Below the pieces are notes generated by a model. It did not search any database and had not been told where the DNA came from. It saw nothing but the letters and a program-made list of their open reading frames with translations. From the NCBI GenBank assembly GCA_030704615.1, contig CM060734.1:28892001-28956000 (forward strand): a DNA stretch of 64,000 bases, written 5' to 3'. Each line of letters opens with the position of its first letter. The first letter of the stretch is position 1. The position numbers and the translations under genes were made by a program. Shown piece after piece: positions 1 to 13,200 of the stretch. Source of the stretch: Takakia lepidozioides (taxonomy: Eukaryota; Plantae; Bryophyta).

Positions 1-1131
1 CATGGCAAAATCTCCCATTGACTGCAGTCCAATCCCCACTCTCAGAAACAAGATTAACTCCTTCCTTCATTCAAAGTTTCCTCACTATGTGCTCCCAGCC
101 ACTGCTCAGGTTACTTGGGGCACTTACATTGAGGACCATCCTGCTCTAGGGGTTAACCTTTGGCCTTCTACCCAAATTCTAGCCCTCTTGTAGGAGTCGG
201 ACCTGCTACTTACCCAAAAGTTGCAGAATGGGAGATGGATCCAGCCTGCCCCATCCTGCCCCATCCTGCCGGGCTCTCATCAGAGCCAGAGAAATTATGC
301 GCAATGGCTTTGCCCTGCTCTAGGCCCTTATGGAATCGGAAGAGGTGCAAGGGATTGAGGAACTTCAGGATCAGCAAGTACAAGAATACCAGGGACCTGT
401 CCAGGGCATTGTTCGTGCTGATCCGGGAAGCCCCACAGCATATCAGCAGCATCAGGCTCGGCCCCAGCCCCCCTACTCATCACCTGGACCGGATGCGAGT
501 GCAAGGGCTCAGTCGAACTTGTCCCCCCCCCCCCCCCCCCGACCACCACACTCCTGCCTTCTCCAACTCTGGCTCCATTGGTCTGCCCCCTGTCGCCCCC
601 CAGTACCCGGTGAGTGGCCTCCCTATTGTCATTCCCTTCATTATTTTCTACCCATCTCCGTTATGCCCCAACAAAGGTAACGTGTTGTACCTCAGAACCA
701 GGTCACCCCTGCCATGTGCCTGGAAAATTCTACCCTCAATTTCCTACTCTCTATCAGATGGAGACTTTTCGATGTATTTTGGTGCAGGGTCAGGACCTCT
801 TCCCCTCGCCACACCGGATCCTCTCAAACTCATTCTTATCTCAGAATTTTTCATGCAACTTTCGGGTAGACCTAGGGTGGTGCACACTTCGTGGATGCCC
901 TACTCAAAGATTCAACCTCTCCCGGGGGATGATTCTTTCTACCATCATAGCCAGAGCACCCTTATCATGGCCATAGAATTGGATAAGCCAGTAGATGCAG
1001 CCCCATTCAATCACTTTTGGAAGACAACCCTATTGCCTTCTGGTAAAAGAACTAAGTTCCATTTCCATTCTGACAGGCCATCATTTGAGTCATTCCCGCT
1101 CAGCCTGACATACCCACAAGATGTTGGTTAG
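1..1131 (+). pseudogene. C-terminal part of LINE ORF1 (stop and frameshifts)
   Basis: MAKSPIDCSPIPTLRNKINSFL aligns with MATCPIDGDPIPTLREKIQSIL (~61108) in the second LINE ORF1; the TAG at 1129-1131 lies just inside ORF2, which starts at ATG 1121. Confidence 0.75.
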
Positions 1132-4100
1132 TTTCTCCTCTTGGAATATAAGGGGTATTGGCTCCGACCACTCAGCCCTCAAGAAAATTAGGCTGAGAGC
1201 ATGGCTGCCCCCCCCTTATCCCAACTGATGCCATTGTCTTTTTGCAGGAACATAAGCTAGATGATCTCAAAATTAGGAATCTTTCTGATAACCTGTGGCC
1301 TCTTGCCTACGCTCTCTGGAAGCCTTCATCCGAAGGTTCAAAGGGAGGAACATCCATCCTCCTTTCCCCTTCCATAAGACAATTTTTGGTGAAAGATGAA
1401 ACTTGGGAGCTGGGTAGAGTCCAATTCTGCTCCCTGTTGCTCCCGTCAGACCCAGAACCCTTAGGCCTAGTTAACATTTATGCCCCTAATAATGTTATGG
1501 ATCGTTCTGCCCTGTGGGAGTTGATTAACTTAAACATTTGCAGCCATAAGGAAATCAACAATTGGGTTCTAGGGGGGGACTTTAATATGGTGGAGAATGA
1601 CTCGGACAGAAGAGGATCTGCGACAGCACCCCTCAACCCGGAGGAAGAGGCAGTTTGGCAATCTCTCCTCCAAACTCACAGCCTGGTGAAAATCCTCCCC
1701 GACACCCATCTCAATCTAGGCTCCTCCCCTCACTTCACCTGGTCCAACAATAGGGCACTGGAACACCTCAGTATGGCCTGCCTGGATAGGTTTTACCTCT
1801 CGCTGCCTTTATCCATCAATGCTACTAGAAAGCCGCAAGAACCCATTACCCAAGGTTTTGATCACGCCCTCATTGAAGCTTCGCTGTCTTTCCCTAACGC
1901 TCATCGTAGAGGTAGGGGTATCTACAGGCTAAACTCCTCCCTTCTCAATATTCCATCCTTTAAGCATGCATTAAAGGATGATTGGCATAATTCAGGCAAC
2001 CATTTAAACTACCCCATAGAGAGATTTTCCTCTAAGTTGGCGTCTACCTGCAGATGCAGCCAGATCCTTAGTAAAGGCATTGTTGTAGCCAGAACCAGGA
2101 AGGTTAGGGCCCTTAAAAAATGTCTTGGGGTATGCCAAACAAAAATCGAATCTCGCGCATGCGATGATCACACGTTTCAGACTTACCTTGAGGCCAGATT
2201 CAATCTGGGGATCTTTCAGGAACAACAACAGGAAAAAATGCGTATGCAAGCAGGGGTCAATTGGTCTGCCAAAGGAGAGAAAATGTCTAAGTATTTCTTT
2301 CAGAAAACCAAGCTTAGAAGGGCAATGCAAACCATTCCTGAATTGTATATTGACAGTCAAGGCAACAAGTCTTCCAAACCAAAGGAGCTCTGTGGGTTGG
2401 CTTTCAAGCACTTCAGCTCCCTGTTCCAAGCAGATCCGGTGGGGGTGGACAACGCCCAATTGCTTCAAGCATGCCTGCAATCTACCCCATGTCAATACAG
2501 GGAAGGGGATGACCAAGCCTTGTCCAAAGACTTCACCCCTATGGAGCTGGAGGATGCTCTAGACCAGATGTGCAAGGGTAAAACTCCCGGTCTTGACGGA
2601 ATGCCAATGGAGTTTTACAAGGCCTTCTAGCCTCGCAAGAGTTCTGTGACATGGCAAATGAAATCCACAGGAAAGGTGCTATGCCAGATTCCATGTCTCA
2701 AGGGGTAATTACTCTCCTTTTTTAAAAAGGGGATAGAACCGACATTAATAACTATAGGCCCATAATGCTGCTTAACGTGGCCTAGAAAATTATTGCCAAG
2801 GCCCTGGCACTCAGGCTCCATCCCCTTCTCCCTTCGTTGATTAGAACAGGTCAATCCGGGTTTGTTAAAGGGAGGTATATCTTGGATAACGTCCTTCTGG
2901 CCCCAGAGGCGGATACATATGCCAAGGCATCAAATTAGGCGCTGGCACTCTGGCTGCTTGACTTTGAGAAGGCATTCGACAAAGTGGGTTGGGATTTTTT
3001 TTCTGGCGGTTCTGCAAAAATGTGGGCTGCCACCCTCGTTCTGCAAGTGGGTTAACATCCTTATCCGCAACAACTCCAGCAGGGTTATTATAAATGGCCA
3101 TTTGTCAAAACCATTTGCCCTATAGAGATCAGTGCGACAGGGATGCCCTCTCTCGCCTTTCCTCTTTCTATTTGTGGCAGACACTTTGGGTTACATGTTG
3201 GAGGTTAACCCTGTAGTGAGGGGCCTTCAAATGCATGGCTTCGGAGCTGATGCTGCCTTTCAGATCAAAGATTCTATGTTTGTTGATGACACCTTTCTCC
3301 TGCTTCAAGCTGAGCCAGCGGCCCTGCAAGCAGCCCAATGCACGATTGACACCTTTTGCAAGGTATTGGGTTTCAGGGTGAATTGGTCGAAAACCAAGGC
3401 TCTTCAGGTGGGGGATATTTCAAAGTCTAGTTTGGGGGTCTCCCCCGTATGGGGGGCAAACTTGGGTTTGATTTGGCTCAAGGATGGAGAGTCCACCACC
3501 CTCTTGGGCCACGTCTTCGGGATTAATCTCTCGAAAGACCAACGTCTGGGGCCCACTATAGCCAGGCTGAAGGGGCAACTAACCTTTTGGGGCTCTCGGT
3601 TCCTCTCCATTACTGGGAGGGCTCTGGTGGCTAACTAGATCCTTTTGGCCGGTATTTGGTATTTCGCCTCTACTTGGAGTAAAAAGTGTATTAGGAACTT
3701 TATTTGGGGGGCCCATTCGTTGGACTCTAACAAACGCCCCCAAGTTTCTTGGATTCAAATCATAATGCCCAAGAATATGGGTGGCCTCGGTGTCTTGGAT
3801 CCTGAAACCCAGATCAAAGCCCTGTTGGGAAAATGGCTCCCCAGGTTCCTGAGTCCAGAAGGAGGTTGGTGGAAAGTTATGGTGATAGATTCTATTTCCC
3901 TCAGTTCACCCCTGAATTCCACTCAATGGTCTCCATCTCTGAGATGGATCACTCAAGGTGATCGTCATAAATCCCCTGGCTCCTCCCTTTGGACCTCTAT
4001 TTGGTTGGCTTGGGGGAAGTGCCGACCCTTCCTGCGTAAAAGAGAGCCTGCTTCCTTCTGTGAGGTGCTGAGGCAACACCTGTTCCTCAACAAGCCAGTC

Positions 4101-5404
4101 CCATCAGCTATGGAGAGGAGCCACAAGGTGGGCAGGATGGGATGCAAGGGGGCTCTCACAGGTCAGCCATCTATGGTTCAGTACCCCTGTTTCTCTTTCC
4201 AGAACTCTTGGCACCCAAAGACTCTCCACCGGCATTGCCTCAGTTCTGCAATCAGTTCCAGACTCGTGGAGAGACATGATCAGGCAGGGCCCATCCTCTC
4301 CGTCTATTTATCAGTGGGTGACCACACCTTATCATCATTTTCAGGTCATGTTCATAACGGAAGCCTCACGTGTTAACCTAGTGGGTTTTGCATTCAGGGC
4401 CCATCCGTATACAGGTGCTCTCTCGCTGCACTCATCCGACTCTATCTCAATCCCAAATGCAAACACCCCACCAGCCAGAATCTGCCACTGGAACTCCAAG
4501 CTCAAAGATTTTAATCCATCCCTTCCATCCAACACGCGGGTTCTACCTTGGTTACGATCAGGAACCTTCATTTGGATTGGAGGCCAGGCCATCCAGGACC
4601 TGCAAATCGATCCGGTAGAATGGCACTGGGAATTCGGGGACAAGATTTGCTCCTTCTTCAATTACACGGCCAAGGGTGCCTACAGAGCGATGCTGAAGGC
4701 CAAGCCTCTAACCAAAAAATGGGACGACAGATGGGGCTTATTCCAATTTAGAGAGGAAAACTGGAAGTGCATTTGGGCTCTGATTTGGGAGAAATCCAAA
4801 CCAGCCAAACTCAGGTGCCTTTCTTTGGCAGATTGCAAATAGGGTTTTGAAGGTTGGGCAATTTCTAAACTTTCAAGAGGCCCTACTCTGCAGATGCTGC
4901 CCCATTGGGATTATTGAATCTTTGGAACACTGCCTTCTTTTCTGTAAAGGGCCGTCAACAATCTGGCCCTTGGTTTGGTCACTTTACAGGGTTTGATCAA
5001 ACACTGCTCAGGACCCCATAGCCCTCATGCTAAATTACAACCAAACAACCAAGTCCAAGGTGTCCACATGCCCTGTTTTCGAGGCCCTCCGCTCGGCAAC
5101 ACTGTGGCAAATCTGGAAGGCTCAGTGCAGATGGACATTAAACAATGCTTCCTCCTCCTGTACATAAATCCTTACATGTGTTTTCTATGATGTTACAATT
5201 GCAACTAAGTTGGCCTAGCAAAAACTATGTGCAGAAGCAGACAAGAAACCAGAACGAAAAGACTCCCTCCTCGCCTCCTTCAGATCATCTTGGGGAAGAG
5301 GAGGAATCATTTGTTGCATCATTGATACAGACTCCTGTTCATGGGCAGACTCCTTACCTGAACTCTGGAAACACCGATGGGGCACCGTCTTCGGCCTCCC
5401 TTGA
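1121..5404 (+). pseudogene. LINE ORF2 (APE endonuclease + reverse transcriptase + zf-RVT-like region), multiple stops/frameshifts
   Basis: Motifs SWNIRG, LQEHK, VNIYAPN, LGGDFN, LDRFY, KTPGLDG, NYRPI, DFEKAFDKV, VRQGCPLSPFLF, FVDD, KNMGGLG, C-x-CC...ESLEHCLLFC. Confidence 0.95.
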
Positions 5405-5911
5405 TCTGGACTCGAGAGATATTAACTGGAAGCACATAAAGAGGGGATCTAAATCTAAGTTGATCTTCCTCAGATAGACATCTTCAAAGTTTCGCTCCTT
5501 GGCCGTTTTGGCCTGTGTTCTTACTGTTCAACGTTCCGTCCGGTTCCATCTACACTGGGCCACCTCTCTCTTGGAGTCCTTTCGAAGCTATAAACTAATC
5601 GCACATTAGCTCTCTGCGCTATGACAAATCTTGCAACCAATAATAGATGGCTCTACCAGGCATGCATGCGTAGCCAGGTCTATTTTCTACCCTGTTATCT
5701 GATCGTTGGAATCTCCAACACGGCCTCCGTGTGTTAAGCCTCATGGCACATGTAAGGGTTTAATTTTTTCCCTTTTTAATAAATTTTCAGGGCCTCTCAT
5801 CCCTTTAAATAAATAAAATAAAATATATCACACCTGATTCAAGGAAAAAAACAGCCATATGACTATTAAGGGTTTATATATATCCTAAATCAGCTCCGGC
5901 CCTACCTTTAA

Positions 5912-6760
5912 CCCCTAAGCGCCGGGAGTGTTTTTGGGGGTCCACCTCAAAAATGGGACCCATTGACACCTCCCAGGCCATATCTGCCAGCAGGAGTTCA
6001 TCCACGGAAATGAACCTTACTAAGTGGCAATTACCTACTAGATGCAAGTACTGTGAAAATTTGGGAAGAATTGACCGTTCCATTTGGGAGATTATAATAA
6101 TTTACCAGGGGTTTTTTTTTCAACTCCAAGGAAGTTTTCAGGGGAAAATTCTGTTTGACCAAGCAAATTTGCCCTGACAGAGATTTTTTCTGGGGACCGG
6201 ACCAACTCAGTCACAATCTTTGCAGGGTTAACACATGTCCTCAAGAAATTTGAGGGCCAAATTCCCCAAAAAAAATATGGCACCTTTGTATGTGCAATCA
6301 GGGGGGGTTCAATGGAAGAAAAACTACATTGGAAAATGAAGATCCACATAGCTCCCGGGGTTTCTTACAAAATCAAGTTTCCTCTGGTGCTATCCTGCAG
6401 GGCCCACAGGGCAAGAAGAATGCCCAATTTTTTTTTTCCAAAAACCAAAAACTGCTTTGTAGATGGTTTTTTTGGTGACTTTTCCAGTCACTTCCATCTG
6501 AGGATTGTCCGCAAGCCACGTCGGCAGGTCAACTGCAGTGGCGGCCTCAAATCCATCTATCTGGGGGTACCCCTGATCTTTGAAAAATCATGGGGGGCAG
6601 AGTTTTGGGTTTTTGGGGGCGCAGTAAAGTGGAGTGTGTGGCATTAATTCTAGCGCTCACTTTTCATTCAGATATTTTTTTCATCCGCTTTCATCCACGG
6701 AAGTTATTCCGTGGATGAAAACGGCTGCGACCCGATTCAGGTCACGCCGGCTTTTAGGGG
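5912..6760. mobile_element. Non-autonomous piggyBac-like DNA transposon (849 bp)
   Basis: TTAA at 5908-5911 and 6761-6764. Termini CCCCTAAGCGCCGG and (reverse complement) CCCCTAAAAGCCGG match 12/14. Subterminal motif TTCATCCACGGAA at 5997 and as a 14-bp-stem palindrome at 6689-6720. Confidence 0.7.
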
Positions 6761-6808
6761 TTAAGAATACAATGAAAAAATGATGCAAGAATATGAAGAT
6801 CAGAAATG

Positions 6809-6926
6809 TAATGCACTAGAGAACGGGCCGTGCTTGGCCGATTCTGCCCTGTAAGCGGCCTTTGGGTGAGCCCTATGGCCGCGCACAGGGCAGAGTCGGC
6901 CCAACGCGGCCCGTTCACTGGCATTA
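6809..6926. repeat. GC-rich ~118-nt hairpin (mini-MITE or hairpin-RNA-like)
   Basis: 6821-6852 pairs with 6885-6916 (28/32); the stem extends imperfectly inward and outward. Confidence 0.7.
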
Positions 6927-7400
6927 AAAGCAGGTTGTGGCCTATTCTCGTCGCCACCTGGTGCAATATGATTGGGGTTCAATTATCCCATATCGATTGC
7001 CCAGATTCAGAGCCCCGGAGAGGATATAAAGGGGGCGAGCCTGAAAGGGTTGGCGTGCGGGTTGATGGCTACTGGTTGATCACATGGGCCTGGGTGGTTG
7101 CTCTGCCATCCTCCGTGCATGATCGGCCATCCCTGCCTGTTCTGCCTGCCGAATCGGCAGTAGACCCTGGGTGGCCTATTCGGCCTGAGAATTAGTCTCA
7201 AAAGTGGGCAGAATACGCCACACCTGTCTTTAACGTATCATGAGTGGGTGGCAGAGGTTTGATAGGGATACATCAGTTGCCTGCGTGTAAAGTGGGGCTA
7301 TAACTGTCACAACAGAACAGCGAAGATGTCTGAAGAAGGAATAGCTGCAGTTGCATGTCACCAGTGATATGACAGCGTCGACAACCAGCATGTAGCCCAG

Positions 7401-9566
7401 CCTCGGTACTATGTCCCAGACACTATCAGGGATAGTGCCAGGGATGCCCGGGCTGCCACGTCCTCCGCGCCACCTGAGCGCCCAACCCTCGCGCTCTCAC
7501 CGTTGACTCCCCGCTCCTGAGCGCCACGCAGGCACGTGGGGCCCGCCTTCCCCAAGCCTTCAGCTCCCACGCTTAGGCCCAGGCCTTGCCACGTGAGGCC
7601 CTACCTGCCACGTCGCGACGCCCCAACCCCCTACACGAGAGGCTGCTCTCCTATGAACTCTCCCATACCCTGGCTAAAAGGAGTATGGCTAAACCAGATT
7701 GAGCAAAACCTTTTAGACATGGCATGGAAAAGTATAGAAAATACACTAACTCCTAGGAGGGTATGGAAGTGTTGATGATGGTTGATGGTGACATACATTA
7801 TTTAAAAAAACAATGATAAAATATATTTAAAATAAACTATGGATGGATTGCACTACATTCTTCCATTTCAAAATATCATTCGTACATTGTATTGGGATGA
7901 ACTTAATATATATGTACTTTTGTATTGTTTTCAAATAATCTCTAACTTAGTGATATTGAGGAGACATTGTCTTATGAGGAAACATTGTGTAACATATGTA
8001 TTCTTGCATATTGTTACAACAATGTACATTTAACATAAGATATACACTTATACAAGTATGTATCCATTATGAACTTATAGATGTACACTTAACACCCACT
8101 AGACTATGTCATATATATTTTTGATATATGTATGGAATTTTGAGATCCAATGCAACATTAATCACACTTAGATGACATTCTTAAAGCAAATTTTGCCTAC
8201 TTCCACATAAGTGTACGGCTGAATGTGTGCAAATGTGTTGTACACTTGTGACATTATGTATGAAATATCAACATGTTGTGTACTACTAGCCTACTTAAAT
8301 GACACTTCTAAGACAATTTTTGCACATTGTCTTAAATGTATATGGCTCAATGCTTGACAATGTGCTATATACTTTTGTCAATGTGCATGAAATATCATCA
8401 TGCGATACAACACTTTGCATACTTAAATTACACTCCCCAATCATATTTTTACATATATTTGCATACGTGTATGGATTAAGATTTGAGATGTTGAAATATG
8501 GGGATTTCCTATATGACAGTAAGTGACACTTACATAACACTTCTAAACCCACTATGCACAATTAGATATACCAAAATATATCATTGATTTTTATAAATAT
8601 GTGAGATGAAATTTGGATATCCACACCAATACTAACCCACTTAAACGACATTCGTAGACATATTACTTGTACATTATGCATATAAATATTCGTCAATGAA
8701 ACTATGACGATGTATATACTAATATAAATTTGTATAAGCCTACAATTAATTTATTTCAACTACGATTCATACATTGATACATATGATCAATTGTATCTTC
8801 AATTCACACATTTATACCATTAATGTTTAGAGCATCGTGCTCTCTTACAATTGTATACCAAGCCACCGTTCAGTTACACGAATAGATTAAGCTAAAATAA
8901 TTCATCTATCGGCATACATAGAGAGTATGACACACATTCGTAAGTTCATCTGCCGACTTACCTCTTTCACAAGGATACATATGTTACACAATGTTTCATC
9001 ATAAGACACAATGTCTCCTCAATATAACTAAGTTAGAGATTATTTGAAAACAATATAAAAATACATACACATTAAATTCATCCCAATACAATGTATGAAT
9101 GATATTTTGAAATAGAAGAACGTAGTGCAATCCATCCATATTTTATTTTAAATATATTTTATCATTAAAATAATGTATGTCACCATACTTAAACCCAACC
9201 ATCATCAACACTTCCATACCCTCCTAGGAGTTAGTGTATTTCCTATACTTTTCCATGCCATGTCTAAAGGCTTGGCTCAATCTGGTTTAACCATACTCCT
9301 TTTAGCCAGGGTATAGGAGAGAGGAGAGCCTCTCGTGCAGGAGCGGGGTGGGGCCTCACGACGTGGCAGGTAGGGCGGGTCTCACGTGGCAAGGCCTTGG
9401 GGAAGGCGGGCCCCACGCGCCTGCGTGGCGCTGAGGAGCGGGGAGTCAACGGTGAGAGCGCGAGGGCTGGGCGCTCAGGTGGCGCGGAGGACGTGGCAGC
9501 CCGGGCAGTTTTAGCCCGGGCATCCCCGGCACTATCCCTGATAGTGTCTGGGACATAGTGCCGAGG
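7401..9566. mobile_element. Foldback / long-TIR non-autonomous DNA element (Mutator-like architecture)
   Basis: 7401-8006 is an inverted copy of 8970-9566; the ~960-bp AT-rich non-coding spacer contains degenerate repeats; no clear TSD at the arm ends. Confidence 0.85.
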
Positions 9567-9771
9567 GTTACGCTCCCTTCGGGAGGCGTCATACTTTTTT
9601 TTTTGACAGCGTCGTGCTTACCCCAGTCTTCACTCGTGTGAAGGCTGCGATGCCCGTGCGAACCCATCACTGCCTGTACTCCACTAATGCGGCTAGTGGC
9701 TGTGCTGCCTTGAACCTACCCACTCTTTCGATGTGTCTATGACTCGGTAACTTGCTCTAGGTTTATGTGTT

Positions 9772-9891
9772 CAGACATTGTCAAACTGTCTCCCCCAGTT
9801 TCTGTAGCTTGGTGACAAGGTTGATTATCTTTTGCAGACATTGTCAAACTGTCTCCCCCAGTTTCTGCAGCTTGGTGACGAGGTTGATTAT
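9772..9891 (+). repeat. 63-bp tandem duplication upstream of the ERECTA-like gene
   Basis: CAGACATTGTCAAACTGTCTCCCCCAGTTTCTG...GGTTGATTAT occurs twice. Confidence 0.9.
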
Positions 9892-10235
9892 GTGTTGTTG
9901 AACACTACTGCATCTGCGTTCCACTCTCTCTCGCTTCTTAACTGTGTCGGGGGAACTAGATTGTGTAGTTTTTTCGAGGAGGTGGGTTTCTCTTCGCTAT
10001 CTTTCCTCCAATATCTGCGGGAAGATGTTGATAGCTCTCCGGGCTTACGGGGGCTGGCCAGGGACTATTGGAATTGAACCTCAGACTGTCCGTCATTAGT
10101 CCCTCGTCTGCTGACATTTCCCACTTGTACCTGCCAGTTCCTCACATGTAGTAAGGGAAGACACGATGGAGATTTGTCGGTAGCATCGGCGTGGGAGAGG
10201 AAAGGAGGGAAGGAGTTGGGGGAAGAGGGGCGAAG

Positions 10236-13200
10236 ATGACGGGGAGGTGGCAGTTGCTACCCTTGACCGTTCTGATACTCGCAGCTGCACTGCTAGCCAG
10301 CTTTTGTTCCGCTGTCACCCTGGCGGACGAGGGTGGGTGACACTACTATTTTTCTCCTTGTGGATGTTGGTAGTTGAACTATTCCTTCACTGTTTCACAA
10401 TGTGCAGTAGTCGGTGTATACTTCATTATTCTTGGTTCTTCGTCTAGTGAGAGTGCCCTAGGAATGACATGCATGAGCTTGCGAAACTCTTACAATCAGG
10501 ATATACTCCCCACCTTTTGGGACACAGGGTTGTGACCTCTCTCTGGTCTCTGAAGATTCTGTTCTACTTCAATTGTACACGATTCTGCGTCTGTTATTTC
10601 CTTGTTTACTGGTGATCTTTGGTCACTGCGTTTCTCTACCACCTTGAAGCTACGGGCTGTCGACTTGGGCCAGTGTTGAACTTGAAAACTTGAGGACGTT
10701 GTCTGGCTCTTCCATGCCATATGGTCTTCGAAATATCAAGAGTGTGCCTTTCCCGAAATGAATCTGCGTCTAGTTCAAACTTGGGAGGTCTGCATTCTGT
10801 TCTCTGCATGATTAAAACTTGCTCATTTGAGATCATGGCCCCAGTTAGTGGTCTCTGAGCTGGGAGGACTCAGCTGGGTAACTTATTTACAACCGCCGCA
10901 TCAGTTTGCTAGTTATGGAGTTAGGAAGGATGGAAGAACTGATAATTAACACAGAGGAGATTGGGGCTGAAATGTTAGGAATGGTGCACTGGGGTCATCT
11001 CACGTCCAACAGACTCGCATAGTGTATTGTAATACTCAAGATTTGCAGATGCATTGTTATGTGCTGCTGTTCTTGGCACTCCTTGGAGTGCTGTGTTACA
11101 AATCCTGCAGAGGTTGTCGTGATCAGCAGTGAGTACGTTACTGGATGTGAAGAAATCATTTCTGAATGGGCACATTGAGCTGAACGATTGGAACGAGGGC
11201 AGCCAGACCCCTTGTCAGTGGAGAGGTGTGACATATAATAATGTTACCTTCCAAGTTACAGGCCTGTAAGTCTCACACAAGGTCCCTCTGGCTATTTTCT
11301 TAACTTCCCTGTTGGGCATCAACATCCCCCCAGGTCTGCAAAGGAATGATAGAAGACATAGCATGCATTCTGAAACTGTTCATTGTCAGGTTTGTCGTCA
11401 ACTTATCTAGGTGGCAAATGTTCTTGCATGATAATTTGGTGGAGAGCTTTCTTTCATTGTGGAAGACGGATGTGATTGTCCTCCTCTTACATCAGCATGT
11501 GCCCATGCTAATTTAGTGCTATTGTTTGTGGCAGTAATCTATCACTGTTGACTCTCACTGGAGAGATCTCTCCATCAATTGGCAACTTGCTTAGCCTCCA
11601 AGTTTTGTAAGCACCTAACTCCCAGTTTGTAACCAGCCAAACAAAGCTGCAAATAATGTCAAAGCATGAGATTTCATCCGAATCACATGTCCTCTTTGTT
11701 CATCTCCCTTGATCATGTAGACAATCTTTTCCAGCTTACCTGCCAAAAGAACTTGCAAACCTGTTCCCAGTTCCTTGTCTTACGTACAGCATCTAATTTT
11801 GCTAAGGATAGAACGTGACATTGCTTATTATGAAACTGGCCTGCAGTGATCTGAGTGAGAACAATTGATCGGGGCAGATTCCGGCAGAGATCAGTAACTG
11901 CACAAGCTTGACAACATTGTGAATTCCAAAACTTGGTCTTCCAGTGCTCGAGTTTTTGCAATTTTTTTATTTGTTCTGCTCTTCCATTGGATTGAAAAAG
12001 TCCATACTTGTTTTGTGCCAGTCCTGCAATGCATGTTTACCTTGTGCCACTGTTAGTTACATTCAATGTTCAAACAGCAAGGGAGGCACTCATATGAGGC
12101 TCTTAGCCAAGTATGCCCATTGTTACTAGTCTCCATAACATGGGCTGTAGAAGTTTTAAAGATATGTGGACATCAGGTGCCTGTCAGGCATTACTTATAG
12201 ACACCTGTTGGATCTGCAGGGATCTTTCCTGGAATGATCTGGTTGGAGAGATTCCATACCTCCTCGCACAACTCCAACTGTTGGAGATTCTGTAAGTTTT
12301 GCCCAACCTGTCCCATGTGTACTCAGGGTATCACCTCTCCTCTCGTCCAATTCAGAAGCTGACCTAACGTGTTGGCTCATCTTGCTCATTTGGGGGTGAT
12401 AATTGTAGCATGTGTACTCTAGTGAAGTTGCTACATTTTGATATCATGCTGGCACATTTGTGTGATGGCAGGAAGCTGGGTTTCAACCAGCTCACAGGTC
12501 CCATACCATCCACATTTACTGGTCTTTCCAACCTGAAACATTTGTAAGTGTAAACACTGTCCCTGAGCCCTGCCACAATGACACTCCTTGATTACCACCA
12601 TTTGTTGAGATGATGTCCATGTATGTAAAGGGAAAGTAGCCAGGACTGTATTTCTACTCACATCCTGTTCTTCATGCAGGGACTTGCAATATAATCAGCT
12701 GTCAGGGCCCATACCCTTCCTTGATCTACTGGAATGAGGCACTTCAATATCTGTAAGATTGTTTTGCTCATGACATGATTGTCTTATTGCTTTTACCAGA
12801 TAGTTATGGATAGGGATGGGTCATTCCGTCCACTATCTTCTTTGGAAGGAAGAATAAGTGTGTGATTGCAACCCCCTGTCCGTATATTCCCTCATTGCAG
12901 TCCCTGATTTCATGTCCTTGAGAGGATAGTCTAATGAAGCTACCTTGCACCTTCCTGCAGCATGTTGAAGGGAAACTCTTTGTCAGGAGGGTTATCTAAA
13001 GACATGTGTCAACTTACCGACCTCTCCTACTTGTAAGTCAGATTGACATTTATTAGAGTCTTTCAGCTTACAGAGGAATTTCAGTTTCTATACCCCATGG
13101 TTGATGTTAGTTAATCTGAAGACATTGGCTTTTTCTCTTGATGGGAAGAGTCTCTTTCTTTCATTTTCTTGTGCAACTATCTACCTTGCTGTGCGTCATA

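Larger units (their letters stand above)
1..5826 (+). mobile_element. L1-clade LINE retrotransposon, degenerate; 5' part lies outside the window
   Basis: ORF1 tail, then ORF2 with APE endonuclease, RT and C-terminal Cys/His region; 3' UTR ends in AATAAA and an A-rich tail at ~5778-5826. Confidence 0.95.

Noticed and set aside
9570-9604. Rho-independent terminator
   Set aside because: The shape fits, but this is plant nuclear DNA with no upstream bacterial-type gene.
10247-10447. ORF-track peptide as the receptor N-terminus
   Set aside because: The frame from ATG 10236 gives a far better signal peptide and the expected phase-1 intron.
11866-11868. TGA as selenocysteine or programmed readthrough
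   Set aside because: It occupies a conserved LRR Leu position (TTA>TGA), land plants lack Sec machinery, and other lesions coexist.
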